Shown here in pieces: positions 38,837 to 51,111 of a stretch of DNA of 64,000 nt (positions within the stretch are counted from its first letter, which is position 1; each line of letters starts with the position of its first letter). The notes below the pieces were generated by a model, which worked only from the letters and a program-made list of their open reading frames with translations, had not been told where the DNA came from and made no database searches. A program made the position numbers and the translations under genes. This stretch comes from Lama glama (Eukaryota), in contig CM052817.1 in assembly GCA_028534125.1 (NCBI GenBank), positions 9,922,001-9,986,000 of the forward strand. Reading direction: 5' to 3'.

Positions 38837-38890
38837 CCCCAATCCACTGTTTTTGTACTGAAGTCCCCTCATGGTTTGGTACACAGTGGT
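38837..38890 (-). CDS. PROM1: PROM1 exon, 54 nt: TTVYQTMRGLQYKNSGLG
   Basis: catcag| … |gtaagg; size and position match the 54-nt orthologous exon. Confidence 0.88.
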
Positions 38891-39249
38891 CTGATGAACA
38901 AACACAGATAATATTTTTCAACTTATTACACGAAGCTGCAGGGTCATGTGCTTTGTATTCTCCCAGCCCCAACCCCAAGTCAGCCATCAAATCTGGCTTT
39001 AATCTGTAAATTTCACTCTAGAAAAAAACCCAACAGACATGGGTGGCAATATGCATCTCGCATACTGCTGGTATAAGAAAACATGGCGGAGAAAATTGGG
39101 ATCGATGTTCTAGGGCTTTGAAAGGCAGCACACCACAGGTAAGGTGTCCAGGAAACCCTCTGGAATCGGGTTTGTGCAAAGCAGCAGGCAATGCTTACAG
39201 TAAAACCTCCTTGACAAGAGTGGCTTAATTTGCATGGTTTAGAGGAGAA

Positions 39250-39475
39250 ACTGGCCAACTTTGTCAGTTAAGGTCCCGATAAGTAAATATTTTAGGCTTT
39301 GTGGGCCATACCCTGTCCCAACTACTCAACTTTGCCCTTTTAGCCAAAGGCAGCCACAGATCCTCTGAAACGAAGTGGGTGTGGCTGTGTTCCAGTAAAA
39401 CTTTATTTATCAAAACAGACAGCAGGCCAGATGGAGCCCATAGGCTGCAGTTTTTGAGGCCCTGGTTTGCTAACC
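39250..39475 (+). mobile_element. MER58-like DNA transposon fragment
   Basis: gtaaatattttaggctttgtgggcca…caactactcaact…ggctgtgttccagtaaaactttattt. Confidence 0.8.
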
Positions 39476-39884
39476 CCCAGTTTAAATCGTGGGTCACAAC
39501 TACAGAACAACTTGCCCATTTGTAGGTTGCCCCAGCTCTGAAAAGTCCAAGGAAGTGAAGTAAAGGACAGGATTTAAGGAATGTGTAAAAACCAGCTTAA
39601 AATGTTAACAAAGTTGGGCTCTGATAAACAAGACAGCAGAGAAAGAACTGAGGGGGCACGGCACATGAGTCAGGAAAGTTGGGAGGGCTTAGTGAAGACT
39701 TGACTGAACGAGAAAGTAAGGAGGAAAATGAAGAGAGAGACAGGAAGAACTAGTTCTAGAAGGTTCTGAAGCTGGAGTCGAGTGGACTGATCAGCTTCCT
39801 CATGCCTGAGCAAGCTGACCCTGTAACCTAGTGCCCATGCAGCCTCCCCTCCACGACTGCCAACAAGACCTCCACACAAGCGTA

Positions 39885-40402
39885 GCAACCTAAACGTCCA
39901 TCGACAGATGACTGGATAAAGAAGCTGTGGTATATTTATACAATGGAATACTACTCAGCCATGAAAAAATAAAATAATGCCATTTGCAGCAACAATGCCA
40001 TTTGTCATTCTAAGTAAGCCAGAAAGAAAAATACCATATGATATCAGTCATATGTGGAATCTAAAAAAAGAAAAAAAGAGGACACTAATGAACTCATCTA
40101 CAAAACAGAAACAGACTCCTAGACATAGTAAACAATCTTATGGTTACCAAGGGAAAGGCAGTGGGAAGGAATAAATTTGGAAGTTTGAGATTTGCAAATG
40201 CTAGCCACTATATATAAAAATATATAAGAAAAACAATTTTCTTCTGTAGAGCACAGGAAACTATATTTAATATCTTGTAATAATCTTTAAGGGAAAAGAA
40301 TATGAAAATCAATATATGTATGCATACGCATGACTGGGACATTGCGCTGTACACCAGAGATTAACACATTGTAACTGACAGTACTTCAATTAAAAAAAAA
40401 AA
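39885..40402 (+). mobile_element. Lineage-specific L1 3' end in a PROM1 intron (antisense)
   Basis: caacctaaacgtccatcgacagatgactggataaagaag…tgtaactgacagtacttcaattaaaaaaaaaaa. Confidence 0.9.
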
Positions 40403-40736
40403 GGAGTCACAGCTCCCACTGACTGAGTGCCTCGGGGACATCAGGTCCTTCATTTCCAGGGAACAGCGAGGCGAGGACTGTCCCCACTGCTTCCAGATGA
40501 GGAAACTGAAAGCGACAAGCCTTTGGAGACGCAGAAGCGGAACGTGAGATCAGGGCCACTTGACTCCAGGGTCTGTGTTTTTTCTCTGCTACAAACTGCC
40601 TTTCAGGCATTTAAGGAAAGAAGCCAGAAGGCAGTGAGAAGAAAAAGAAGGGAAAATGGAAGTTGGATGGAAGAGAGGAGAAAAGAACATCGGTACGGGG
40701 AGCAGCACTCCCCGTAGTTAGAAAGAGAGGACACAG

Positions 40737-40754
40737 CCTTGCCTTCCCATAGTT
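40737..40754 (-). pseudogene. PROM1: Degenerate 18-nt PROM1 microexon (NYGKAR) with non-canonical splice sites
   Basis: cttttcctcctgaccctgctggg|AACTATGGGAAGGCAAGG|ctgtgt, between the 93-nt and 54-nt exons in a phase-0 intron; GG replaces AG and CT replaces GT. Confidence 0.65.
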
Positions 40755-41146
40755 CCCAGCAGGGTCAGGAGGAAAAGAGTTTAAGAACAAGAAACCAGGT
40801 AAGAATAAGTCCAGACCAAAATAGCAGCACTTCAGTTGCTGCAAGGCTTGGGGCGGGGGGCGGGGTGGGGGCTGTTTAAAGCCATGGAAACTACAGCAAA
40901 ACATACGGGGCGGCCACAGATTGAAGCTAACCTCACACTCAAATGGAAAAAGGCAGAAAAGGAGTAGTGAAAATTGAATGTGTGTCTTCTTCAAAGCCCA
41001 GTTACTACCATTTTTTCCCCAAAAGAGCTCAATTTCTTAGCCTGAGGTTAATCAACCTACGCATTACATGCAAATATATCACTCATCCTAGGTGAAAGGG
41101 GGCTCGCCCGGGTCTTGGTGAGGTGCCAGAGCTTGTTGATTATTAC

Positions 41147-41239
41147 CATTGATTTTTCCAAAGGAATGATTCTGATGCGGTGAATCGTTCTCAAGGTTTG
41201 TGCATTTCTTTTCAGGGACTGTTTCAAATCTCCTTGGGG
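41147..41239 (-). CDS. PROM1: PROM1 exon, 93 nt: PQGDLKQSLKRNAQTLRTIHRIRIIPLEKSM
   Basis: ttgtag| … |gtaata. Confidence 0.93.
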
Positions 41240-42221
41240 CTACAAAGAGAGCAAAGTAAATAAGTATTAGCGCCATCTTTCCAGACTCTGGAGCACAGTC
41301 TCTAATCACAGGACACGAGGATGCTGCCCTTCTAATGGGATGCCGATGTGGGTGCGGGGCTCACCAGGAGGGGCAGCACCAGGACTCCCTACCTCAAATC
41401 GGGGAACCACACACTCTCAGTGACAGCCCACACTCAGCTCTCCCTGAGTGCCAGAGGCTGCGTTTTCTCTCTCACCTCACCCAAATACGGCCGCTGGAGA
41501 GCCACTTTACAGGATGAGAAAACCAAGGTTCAACTAAAAACTTCTATTTAACCCACCCTCACATAGTTTTTGGTATAATAACGTATAATAAGTGTTACTA
41601 TTGCCCCCATTTTACAGATGAAGAAACTAAGGCACAGGGGTGCACTATCTTGCCCAAAGTGAGGAAGTGGCTGTGTCAGGATTTAAATACTAGTCTTCCT
41701 CCAGAGCCCAAGTTCCACATCATTGTGCTCGGCTGCTTCCTCAGAGGGACCAGTTACAGCCATTAGTCACCTTCCAGCAGAGGCGGTGGTGGCCAGGAGG
41801 CTTATGGGCCTTGGATGGTGCCTTTGCCCTCTCTTAGCCACTCACTACTGGCGACACATGGCACCAAATGGGATCTCCCTCCCGTGTCCTCAGTTACTGT
41901 TCCCTGTACTGCAAGAAACATGTGTGCACAGGCAGCGAGGGGCTGACGGGGTGAAAGCAGACCCGAGGCTAAAGTAGCGAGGGCAGCAGCACCAGGAGCA
42001 GAGGCTGGGAACAGCTGCGTGCGTCCTGAAGCCGCCCGGGAAACATTCACGCGCTCGCAGACTTCGGGCCAGGCGGCAGTGGCTGCTGGTGGGAAATTTT
42101 ACCATGCACGGAGAGGAGTTACTTGTGGTCTAAGGAACCCCTTCCGCAGCTTCTCTAAGAATGGTACAGACATTTGACATCTACAACAATTACAGCATTT
42201 AACCAGACTGTTTGAACTCAC

Positions 42222-42293
42222 CAAATGATTGGCTTTTATATCTAGATCAGCGGCAAAGGATAAAAGATTCACTTTTGTGGGATGTTTACTGGT
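42222..42293 (-). CDS. PROM1: PROM1 exon, 72 nt: TSKHPTKVNLLSFAADLDIKANHL
   Basis: ttgcag| … |gtgagt; VNLLSFA.DL motif. Confidence 0.94.
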
Positions 42294-42469
42294 CTGCAAA
42301 AGAGGTGCAAAAATCTATGTTACGGATGTGGGATTTTTAAACCTTAACATGTCAGAGGCAACAGAGTGAACACAGGTCCATAACCATAAAGTAAGGCTAA
42401 ACACTCTCACATGGGCAACATCTGCATTCTAATTTATACACATAAAACTGATATTATTGTTACTCAACC

Positions 42470-42840
42470 ACAAAGAGGAATAAAGTGCTGATGCATGGTA
42501 TGATGGACACGTATCTCAAAAAACTTACACAGAAGGGACCAGTGAAGGTCCTCAGATACAAAAGGTCACATGTTGTATGATTCCATTCATATGAAATATC
42601 TAGAATAGGTAAATTCACAGAAACAGAAGACAGAGCGATGGTTGCCAGGGGCTGGGAGTGGGGGATGGGAGCAACTACTGAATGAGATTGGGGCTTTCTC
42701 CTGGTGTGATGAAGGCAGTCTGGAACCAGATAAGGCGGTTAGTTTTGCAACACTGTGATTATACTAAACGCTAGTGAACTGCTCACTTGGTCAAAGAGTT
42801 AATTTTGTTATGTGGATCTCATCTCAATTTAAAAAAAAAG
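42470..42840 (+). mobile_element. Old L1M 3' end
   Basis: gtatgattccattcatatgaaatatctagaataggtaaattcacagaaacagaa…ggttgccaggggctggg. Confidence 0.8.
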
Positions 42841-42925
42841 GACTAAGAACAAACAAACGAAAAACCATATATATGCGATGCCCTACTTATCCCCCCAAAA
42901 TCAAGCATGAACTCGTGCGTCATAC

Positions 42926-43072
42926 CGCATTCATGAAGGCGTTGTAGTCTATTCTGTCTACTCCCGAAGAGCTGAAATCCATAAGGTTTTTTCTTCCTGC
43001 CTCATCCAGCAGAACTACGTTCTCAATTCTGATGTCTGTAGTTTCAAAATTACTGTTTATGTTTCCCATACG
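42926..43072 (-). CDS. PROM1: PROM1 exon, 147 nt: RMGNINSNFETTDIRIENVVLLDEAGRKNLMDFSSSGVDRIDYNAFMNA
   Basis: ctgcag| … |gtatga; AGRKNL.DF motif. Confidence 0.94.
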
Positions 43073-44609
43073 CTGCAGAATAAAAAGAAAAGTTAGGAAT
43101 GAGTCCGCTCTTCTCCAAGAACGTCACATACCCAATGCTTTAAAAGAGCAATAAAATCCACACAGGCCAAAAACAAACACACGCACACTTGACCGGCATT
43201 TCTTCCTGGTACCGCCCCCCCTCACTCCTCCCCCACCTCCCTGCCTTCTTCCTTATACCCAGGCCAAGCACTGTGCGAGGCCAGGAGGTGGGCGGCAGAA
43301 CAGAGTAATATTGCACCTCCACCCTCAAAGACCTCAAAGGGAAGAGGCAGTGTTGTAATAGAGGCACATGAACCACATTGGGACACCAGAGACAGAGCTT
43401 TCAAGGCAGGGGGCTAGGGAGGCCAACAGAGGGGGTGGCTTCTGAGTGAGTCTTGACAAATAGAGATGCTGAAAGGGGCGGAAGGAGGCAGCATGCACTG
43501 GACTTGCGTGGTAGGAAGACTCGGGATCGCGGGACCATGGTTGATGACTTGGGCCTGTGGGTAAATGGGGCGGCGGGGAGGTGTCACACATCGTCATGGT
43601 GCACCAAGAAAACGGCACATAGCATAATGAGCCAATGAGTAGAGGGCATCGGTTGAGGGCTTGGTTGCAAAATTGTATTTTATCTATGTAGACGTGCAAG
43701 GGATATTTAAGGAAGATAACCAATACAAAATCTGTATGCAGCTTTCAAATAAGCCTCTTCACATCTGAAAACTGTCAGGCCATCATGGCCTCACGGTACC
43801 TCTTGGAAGCCTTCTGTGATGCCTCAGTGGGTAAGCCGTGAGGTTTGGGGAGCAGCCTCTTCCCTTGATTTCCCTTGGTGTCTGCTTCCATGTGGAAGCC
43901 CAGAAGAAAGAAGGTTCCTTAGATTCTTTCCCAGAAGGCCCCCAGGCATGGGGGAGTAGGGACAGCCTAGGCTAATAGTGCCTTAGGCCTGGGCAGCTGA
44001 AACCCCCTTGCCCCTTTTTCCAGCCAGTGTGCTCTAGTCTGGCCTCTCCTTGCAGTCTTAAGACTCAAGCCTTGGGTGTGAGCTTGGGCAAAGGAGGAGG
44101 AGAGGTCGCTCCATTCTGTCCTCATGGTGTCTCTTGCCAAAGGCCAGCAGAGCTCACCAGCGCCCACCCTGGCATCCTGGGGCCACAGCCAGCAGTGGTG
44201 ACTGTGAGGGCCACAGTTCTTGGTGCCTCGTTCTCTCTTCAGGGACGTGACCGAAAAGGGTGGCTGGTCTTGGAGAGTCAACATCCCTGGGAAGCAAGCG
44301 GGGTTTATTCCTCGAGGAACATCAACGCTCAGCAAGACAAAAATCTTTCCCCATGAGGCGTGCGCAGGGAGGAGCTCATATGATCTACTAGAGAAACGCA
44401 TGCTAAAGAAAGTCAACTGGTTGGGGGCGGGTGATGAAATTGTTTTGGAATTAAGACAGTCGTGAAGGTTGCACAACCTTGCAAATGTACTAAATGTCAC
44501 TTTAAAATAATTAATTTTATCCTACGTGAACTTCACCCCGATTTAAAAAAAAGACAACTGAATGTAGCAGAGAAATAGGTCAGCAACCTGATCAGCCCTG
44601 GTTACCCAC

Positions 44610-44694
44610 CTCTTGGAAGTTGAGATGTTTACTGATATTGTAGATGTTCTCCAGCCTAAGTGTGGCATAAATGCCTTTGTTTTCCGTGCAATCA
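44610..44694 (-). CDS. PROM1: PROM1 exon, 85 nt: DCTENKGIYATLRLENIYNISKHLNFQE
   Basis: cttcag| … |gtgggt; frame continuous with neighbours. Confidence 0.94.
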
Positions 44695-45110
44695 CTGAAG
44701 GAATAAACAGAGAAATCAAGATCCAGAAAGGCAGTTGTGGCCACCCTGGTCCACTGCTCAGGATGGAGAGAAAGGCTAACTGTTCATCCTTGTTTAACCT
44801 GTGTACACAGGCGTGACGTCTGGGGGTGGACACAGTGGGCTGTCACCAGTGGCCACACGAACCCCCATGGTGCCCACCATTCCTGCCTTCGCTCCCCATT
44901 TTACTAAATGCCCCATGTTGGGGACAGATACAACAGGACTGGTAAACACTGCATCCTTCTGTCTGTCTCCTCTGAGCTCTTCCAGTGCTGTGAGTGATAA
45001 CGGAGTTTACAAATTTGGGAAGAAATAAACTCTAATTAAAAGAAAAAAAAAGCATAGGCCAGAAAGAAGCATGTTACAAAGGTGTGTTTCAAATAAACTA
45101 CCTTTATTAA

Positions 45111-45241
45111 GCGGGGAGGGAGGGTACAGCTCAGTGCGAGCACATGCCTAGCACGCCCAAGGTCCTGGGTTCAATCCCCAGTACCTCCTTCAAAATAAAT
45201 AAATAAACCTCCCCCACAAAAATTAAAAAATAAATAAATAA
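45111..45241 (+). mobile_element. Vic-1-type SINE
   Basis: ggggagggagggtacagctcag…ggtcctgggttcaatccccagtacctcc; about 20-bp TSD aaataaacta(c/t)ctttattaa. Confidence 0.9.
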
Positions 45242-45683
45242 AAATAAACTATCTTTATTAAAAGATTTATGAAAAGATCCTATCAAGCCCCTGCATATTT
45301 CTAGGGTGGGCTTCACTCACCAAACATAAGGTTGGATTAAAGGCAGGAAGGAGACCCAGTTTGACGGGGTGATAAACTTCCAAAGGGTCAGTCCACTTTG
45401 GCCACAAAACTAACTTGGCCTCACCTCTCTGTGCTTCATAATGTGACAAGTGCCTCCTCGACTGAGATAAGCAGGGTGGCCTCATCTGATGTGTATCCTT
45501 GCCACCAGGACGGCCACTGCCTGGGGCACCTCCTCCTTGTCCAGCAGCCAAAGTCCTCTAGCCCCAAGGGGTGCCTGGGAGAGGCAACCCTCCCCCACCC
45601 CTGGGAGGAACGACACTCCTCTCCAGGGAGCCCCAGGTGGGTTGGTGTTGGAACAGAGCGTTTGACATACTAACCATCGGAGG

Positions 45684-45991
45684 TGAGACCAGAAAGTTCC
45701 ACAAGGGCCAGAATCACAAAGAGCCGGCAGGCCAGGCCCAGCCTGGCCTCATCCTCTCTGCCTAGGGATGGTTTAATAGATGCTTGTTTGGAAACATTTA
45801 ACGAGTGTATCCTTGACTTGTTTGATGTTTGTTCTGACAAAATACAAAACTGTGTTGAAAACCATGCTTCTCCAGAGCAGTTCCTCAGAGTAACCTGAGA
45901 GGCTGTCTCCCAGGCTATTGTTCTTCATTTGGCTCAAATAAAATTTTTTCTATTCCTGCTGGAGACTGTTTATTGATTACTTCCGTCAACA
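45684..45991 (+). mobile_element. ERV1-like LTR fragment
   Basis: gttcctcagagtaacctgagaggctgtctcccaggct…aataaa…cgtcaaca; related to the element at about 50040-50358. Confidence 0.65.
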
Positions 45992-46330
45992 GACCCATTC
46001 GATGAATTCTTGTTATATGGCATTTACGTGGGGCAGGGTGATTCTTAAATAAGAGTTTTCACAGTGTCCCATGAATGCATTTTGGGGTCACCTTCCCCAG
46101 GGATCAAGACAAAGAGACTCGGGGCATCACCGTTCTAAGGCCTAGAAGGCGTTCAGGGGGAGGGTTATCTTTTTGGTCATACAGCCAAGACTAGAGAGCA
46201 GCTTAATTCTGGAACTGCAAAGTCTGATCATTAAAATTAAAGACACTTTAAAAGCAAAATTCTCACCGTAGAAAAACAACATTCTCCATAACAACAACAA
46301 CACACAAATGCATCATGCAATTACTTGTAC

Positions 46331-46434
46331 CTGTAAACTTGTTCAAAAGTGAGATTAACGTCTGGTTTGTCAAACATCATGCCAGAGAGGTAGTATTTCC
46401 AATTCTCATTCAGTAAATATGGTGTGTCCAAAAC
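46331..46434 (-). CDS. PROM1: PROM1 exon, 104 nt: [34 protein letters not shown](S)
   Basis: ttctag| … |gtacaa; VLDTPYLLN motif. Confidence 0.97.
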
Positions 46435-46652
46435 CTAGAACAAATTTTAAAACTTTTTTTGGAAAGACAGTTTTCTACTCACATATATACAGATAATAAA
46501 ATGAATATTCTGTGATAGAGACAGTGTTGGGGGGATGTTCGTATCATGATTTTCCTCATTGATTTTCAACTTACAACTAGAAAACAGGAGTGTAATTGGA
46601 ATGAATGGACTGACTTCTGGGTGGCATCAGTAGGAATCACTTAGGTTACTTT

Positions 46653-46802
46653 TGGGGAGAGGGTAGAGCCCCGCGGTAGAGCACGTGCTTGGCACGCATG
46701 ATGTCCTGGGCTCAATCCCCAGTACCCCCCATTAAAAAAGAAATAATAAATAAATGAACCTAGCTACCACCCCCCCTCAAAAAAACCCAAAAAACAAAAA
46801 AA
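46653..46802 (+). mobile_element. Vic-1-type SINE
   Basis: ggggagagggtagagcc…ggtagagcacgtgcttggcacgcatgatgtcctgggctcaatccccagtacc plus A-rich tail. Confidence 0.85.
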
Positions 46803-47812
46803 CAGTACCCTTGAGGGGGGGGGGACTCTATTTTGGTAAAATGAACATATTAGAAATGGGAGCAAAACAGACCATTCGACTGAGAATAGCTAATAGAATC
46901 CATGAAGCAGCTGACCCAGCTCTTCACTACTTCCCTGTAGACAAAAATGAAAGAAATCGAGCACATTCTCTGACCTCACAGGATGCACATTTAAGACGGG
47001 GTAATTAGTACATGACTGTACATATGCTTGAGGACTGTAAATAGTTCCCAAATATCCCCTACTTTTAGAGAATTCCTTTTCAATGATTTAGCGTAGCACA
47101 AAAGATGGTGAAGTCTGGTTTGATGTATTATTTTTCAATCAAGAGGCCAAATGGAGACGACTTGACAAACTGATGTTCCTGATTTAATTTTCCTCAGCCA
47201 GCTGAGTAATTAAAATACCACCCCAACAGCTGGTTTATTTTAGTAGCCATTCACCTGATTCTAGTAACAGATTTGAGCTCAACACAATATAGCCAATAAA
47301 ACAAGAAAACAGATTTTTAAAAAACCTGAATCTAGAGAAAAACCTTGGAAAGCTAAAGTTAGAAGACAGACATGTAAATCAAAACTTCATTAGTTAATGA
47401 AGCTGAACTTGGACCTGGTGCCACTGACTCTGAAGCAGCTGGTTTCAGAGGGAGAAAGTGTTCAAGTTCAATTCTAACTACCTCATTAGATTTCCCCCAG
47501 GGACAGCCCTCAGTCACAAGGTGTGTCACTTATCAGTCTCTTTCACTTAAAATTTAGGGTCCTCAAACCAGCATAAACTGTATGCCGATTTTGAATACGT
47601 GGAGGGTCAGCCCCCAACCCCTCAACTGCCTGTTGTTCTAGGGTCGGCCGCGTTGCTGTATTTTTCTGCTCTGACAAATAGAAGGAATCTCACTGTATTG
47701 AATACAAACCAACTGCTCATCGTTTTGCTCTTGAAGAAACTCACAAGATATGGGGAAATAAAAGTTTTGACCCAAGCCCCTTCCATAATGGGTCCCCAAA
47801 CCATATATGTAC

Positions 47813-47936
47813 CTGGAATAACTTTTTGTTTTGGTAAGATTCACAGACGAGTTTTTCCACATTTCCACCAACCACAAAAGTAAGAACCACGATGGTCATC
47901 AGTAGCCAACAGAATAAGAAACTGAATCCAACCCCG
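47813..47936 (-). CDS. PROM1: PROM1 exon, 124 nt (TM4): [41 protein letters not shown]
   Basis: ccccag| … |gtacat; visible inside ORF 47741..47950. Confidence 0.97.
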
Positions 47937-50039
47937 CTGGGGAAAAACAAAATAGAAATTAAGTTAATAATTTTACCAGGAATTACTCAACATTTCCTAC
48001 CAGTCCTTACTAACTCTACCCAGTCACTGTATGCTTCAGCCTCCGGCGGGTTAGGCGGGTCAGCCTCCCCACGAGCGCCGATAGGAAGGGGTAAGCACTG
48101 TCCCCGTCAGTCCTAAGCACGTGTTTAGGGGCCCCTGATGACTCAGCCCCTGGCCTGCTTGCAGCCCAGCACCCTGGTGTCAGGCACGGGCTCTGGGGTC
48201 ACGTGAGAGAACCGAGGCTTCCTGGTGAGTGAGGAGGCTGTGGTGTGGGAAACGTACTCCTCGGAGTCTGTAAAGGGTCCAGGGAGGGAACGCTCAGGAA
48301 GAACACCCCTCCCCCCATTGGCAGAGCGTGAAGGATGGATGGACAGGTGCCCACGTGGAGCAAGGTGCCACCGAGGGGGCTGTTTCTGGCCGCAGGTGGT
48401 GGCCGGACCCGGGTGCTGGTGGTGGAGAGAAGTCGGCGGTGAAAGCGGTGTGCCACGGGAGGCCGGCGCGGTGGGATGTGGTGAAGACGTGTGCACTGGG
48501 GGTGAAGGAAGGGAAGGGGCCAAGGGGGGCGCCAGGGCTTGTCAGCGGCAGGGACAGGGAGGGGAGAGAGGGTGGCCTTTTGGTCACGTTGCCCGGGAGA
48601 CACCTCAGTGGAGATGCCATGGAGGCGGCCGCCAGGTGTCTGGAGCAGATGCCTGGGTTACAGGCCTCCTTTAGGGCATCAGCGGTTTAGACCCGATCAC
48701 TGACCCCTGGGGCTGGGGTTGGAGGGAGAAGCAGCCTCGGGCTGCGCCGGGGGAGCCTCACCATCTGAAGAACAGGGGTAGTCTGCAAACGAGGCCAAGG
48801 TGGAGGGTCAGAGAGGCAGGAAGGAAAGCATCAGGGTGTGAAGTCACTGACAGGGGGGCTGAGGAATGTTTGCAAAAGCAGCAGCCCGTTGTTCCAATCC
48901 CTGCCCTGAGGACGTGCCCCAGAAGAACCAAAAGCAGCCCGCCGTCCTGGAGACGCAGAGGTCGCGGCTGCCCTGCAAGTGACAGGCGGGCAGTCACGGG
49001 GGAGCCAGCTGGGCAGGAAGAGGGAGATGCGGAAACAGGCAGCAGACCCGACCTTCACTTCCTGACGTCTGTGCAGAGAGGGGAGCGGGAGGGAAGGAGC
49101 AGTGTTGGTAGGGGTTTTCTGTTTTCCTTTTCAAAGGCAGAGAACAGAACATGTTTAAGTGTTGAGAAGAAAATCCAGGAGAGAAGATAATGAGGATGCA
49201 GGAGAGAGAAGGGAGGCTGTGACCCATCCTCGGACGGTGAGCAGGGAAGGACAGAGAACACAGCGGGCCAGGGCGGGAGGAGGGCCCAGATGGGAGAGAC
49301 CCCTCCGCCTCTGGCTTCGCGTGCCTGTGAGCGCAGTCACGTTCGGAGGGGTGGTGGTGGGAAGCTTGTGATGGCTTCTATTTTCTCTGTGAAGAAAACG
49401 GTAAAGCTGTCTGCTGAGAGAGAGGAAATAAGAAGGATGGATGTACCAGAGTGGGAAGACCAGAAGAAAGGAATAAAGGAAGGGAGGGAGAGAGAGAGGA
49501 AAGAAGGAATTTCCAGGGCTATGGAGGGTCCCTTCGAGGTGGGGTATCATAATTTTGTAGGGATCCTAATGTGCCCTGTTGTGTGACTCCTCTAGCCATG
49601 CTCAGGTGCCCAGGCAGAAACACAAGACAGAGCAAACCCTTAAATCAGTCTAGGCGAAGTAGCCAATCCTGCACCATCACTGGCGCACATCGGAAGGACC
49701 CTCAGGAGGGTGAGGGCTGATGTTTTTAATAATAACAGTGTTCTTCTCAGCACGACTCTTCCCAGGGCAAACACTCACAGCAGAATTACATGTAAGTGGT
49801 TCGTCTGAAATAAACGGCAAGGTCTGTTTGCTGGAGGGGCCCTCGGTCAGTCTGGGCCTTCTCTGACGGACAGGACTATTGAGTTAGGGGGAAGGTAAAG
49901 AAGAGGACCTCAGGTGAGATGTGGATGAAAAACACCACCTGCCATATCAGTAAACAAAGGGTGTCGGGGCCATCAAGCCATCAGCCGCTGCTGCCTGTCT
50001 GTGCGCCCTGGGGGACTCAGGATGGAGAGCAGCAGGACA

Positions 50040-50358
50040 CTGGCCCTAGAGAGTTAATTAAGGTGTTCGTCAAAGGAATGATTTCAGTAAGCCCAGATTC
50101 TTGCATTTTCCCATACATAGAAAGGAGCGAAATTCATTAACTTGAGTTGTCTGGTTTTCTTTAATTAACAGTAATATTTTGATGTTCCGACTACCTAGCT
50201 TTTGTTGCAAAAACTCCTATATATCTGGGCTCCTCCCTTTCCTCTTCAGAGAAGCTCCTCAGAGCGACCTGAGAGGCTGTCTTCTCGGCTTAATCCTCAA
50301 GTCCGTTGAATAAAACATAATTCTCAACTTTAAGGTTGTACATTCTTTTTCAGTAGAC
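50040..50358 (+). mobile_element. ERV1-like LTR
   Basis: cctatatatc…ctcctcagagcgacctgagaggctgtc…gaataaaacataattctcaact…ttcagtagaca; left boundary approximate. Confidence 0.7.
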
Positions 50359-50403
50359 AGAGGGCGATAACAGACCCCCAGGTTCTAACTGAGCACATCA
50401 GTG

Positions 50404-50405
<2 letters not shown>

Positions 50406-50444
<39 letters not shown>
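50406..50444. repeat. (TG)n microsatellite
   Basis: Directly visible. Confidence 0.97.
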
Positions 50445-50447
<3 letters not shown>

Positions 50448-51111
50448 GAATTATACAAATAATCAATAACCTACTATAGAACACTCCAAAGCAACACCAC
50501 TACTCTAAAGAGCATGCTGCTAACATTTCCAGTTTTTGTTTTCTAAACATGCATGTATCCAGGTCAGGAACATGCATACAACTGCCCAGGGCCTGTCTTT
50601 GTTAGGTCAGTGAGGTAAGAATGGTGGGTGTGTGTTTAAAGTGTCGTAAAGGAGGAGGAGGTGGAGAACAAGAAGAAGGAAAAATAAGAACAAGAATGAT
50701 AATATGCAGCAAAGACTGCATGTGGCCGGCAGAACTTAAAATATTGACTATTGGGACCTTGATAGAAAAAGTTTGCCCACTCCCGATCACATGGTTCTAA
50801 TGACACGTGCATGATTTTGTGGGTCCTTGTGGCACATCTTAAGACACTTTTGTCAGCCATCCAGGAGAGCTAACCTACTTATCATTTCCGTGGCTACGTG
50901 ATTTCCCATTCCTCGGGAGCTGACAGTCACCCGGAATTAGCTGTTACAACTAACAAGGCAAAAACACTCACCTGCGCAGGATGCTCTTCCCACAGTTTGG
51001 TCTACTTCCTCAAAATAAATTCCCTAAATGGGAAGGACTTGACCTAGAGGATTATGGTCTCTTTATGGCCCTTGCTAGAACCTAACAAATTGCTTTCCAA
51101 GTATCTATAAC

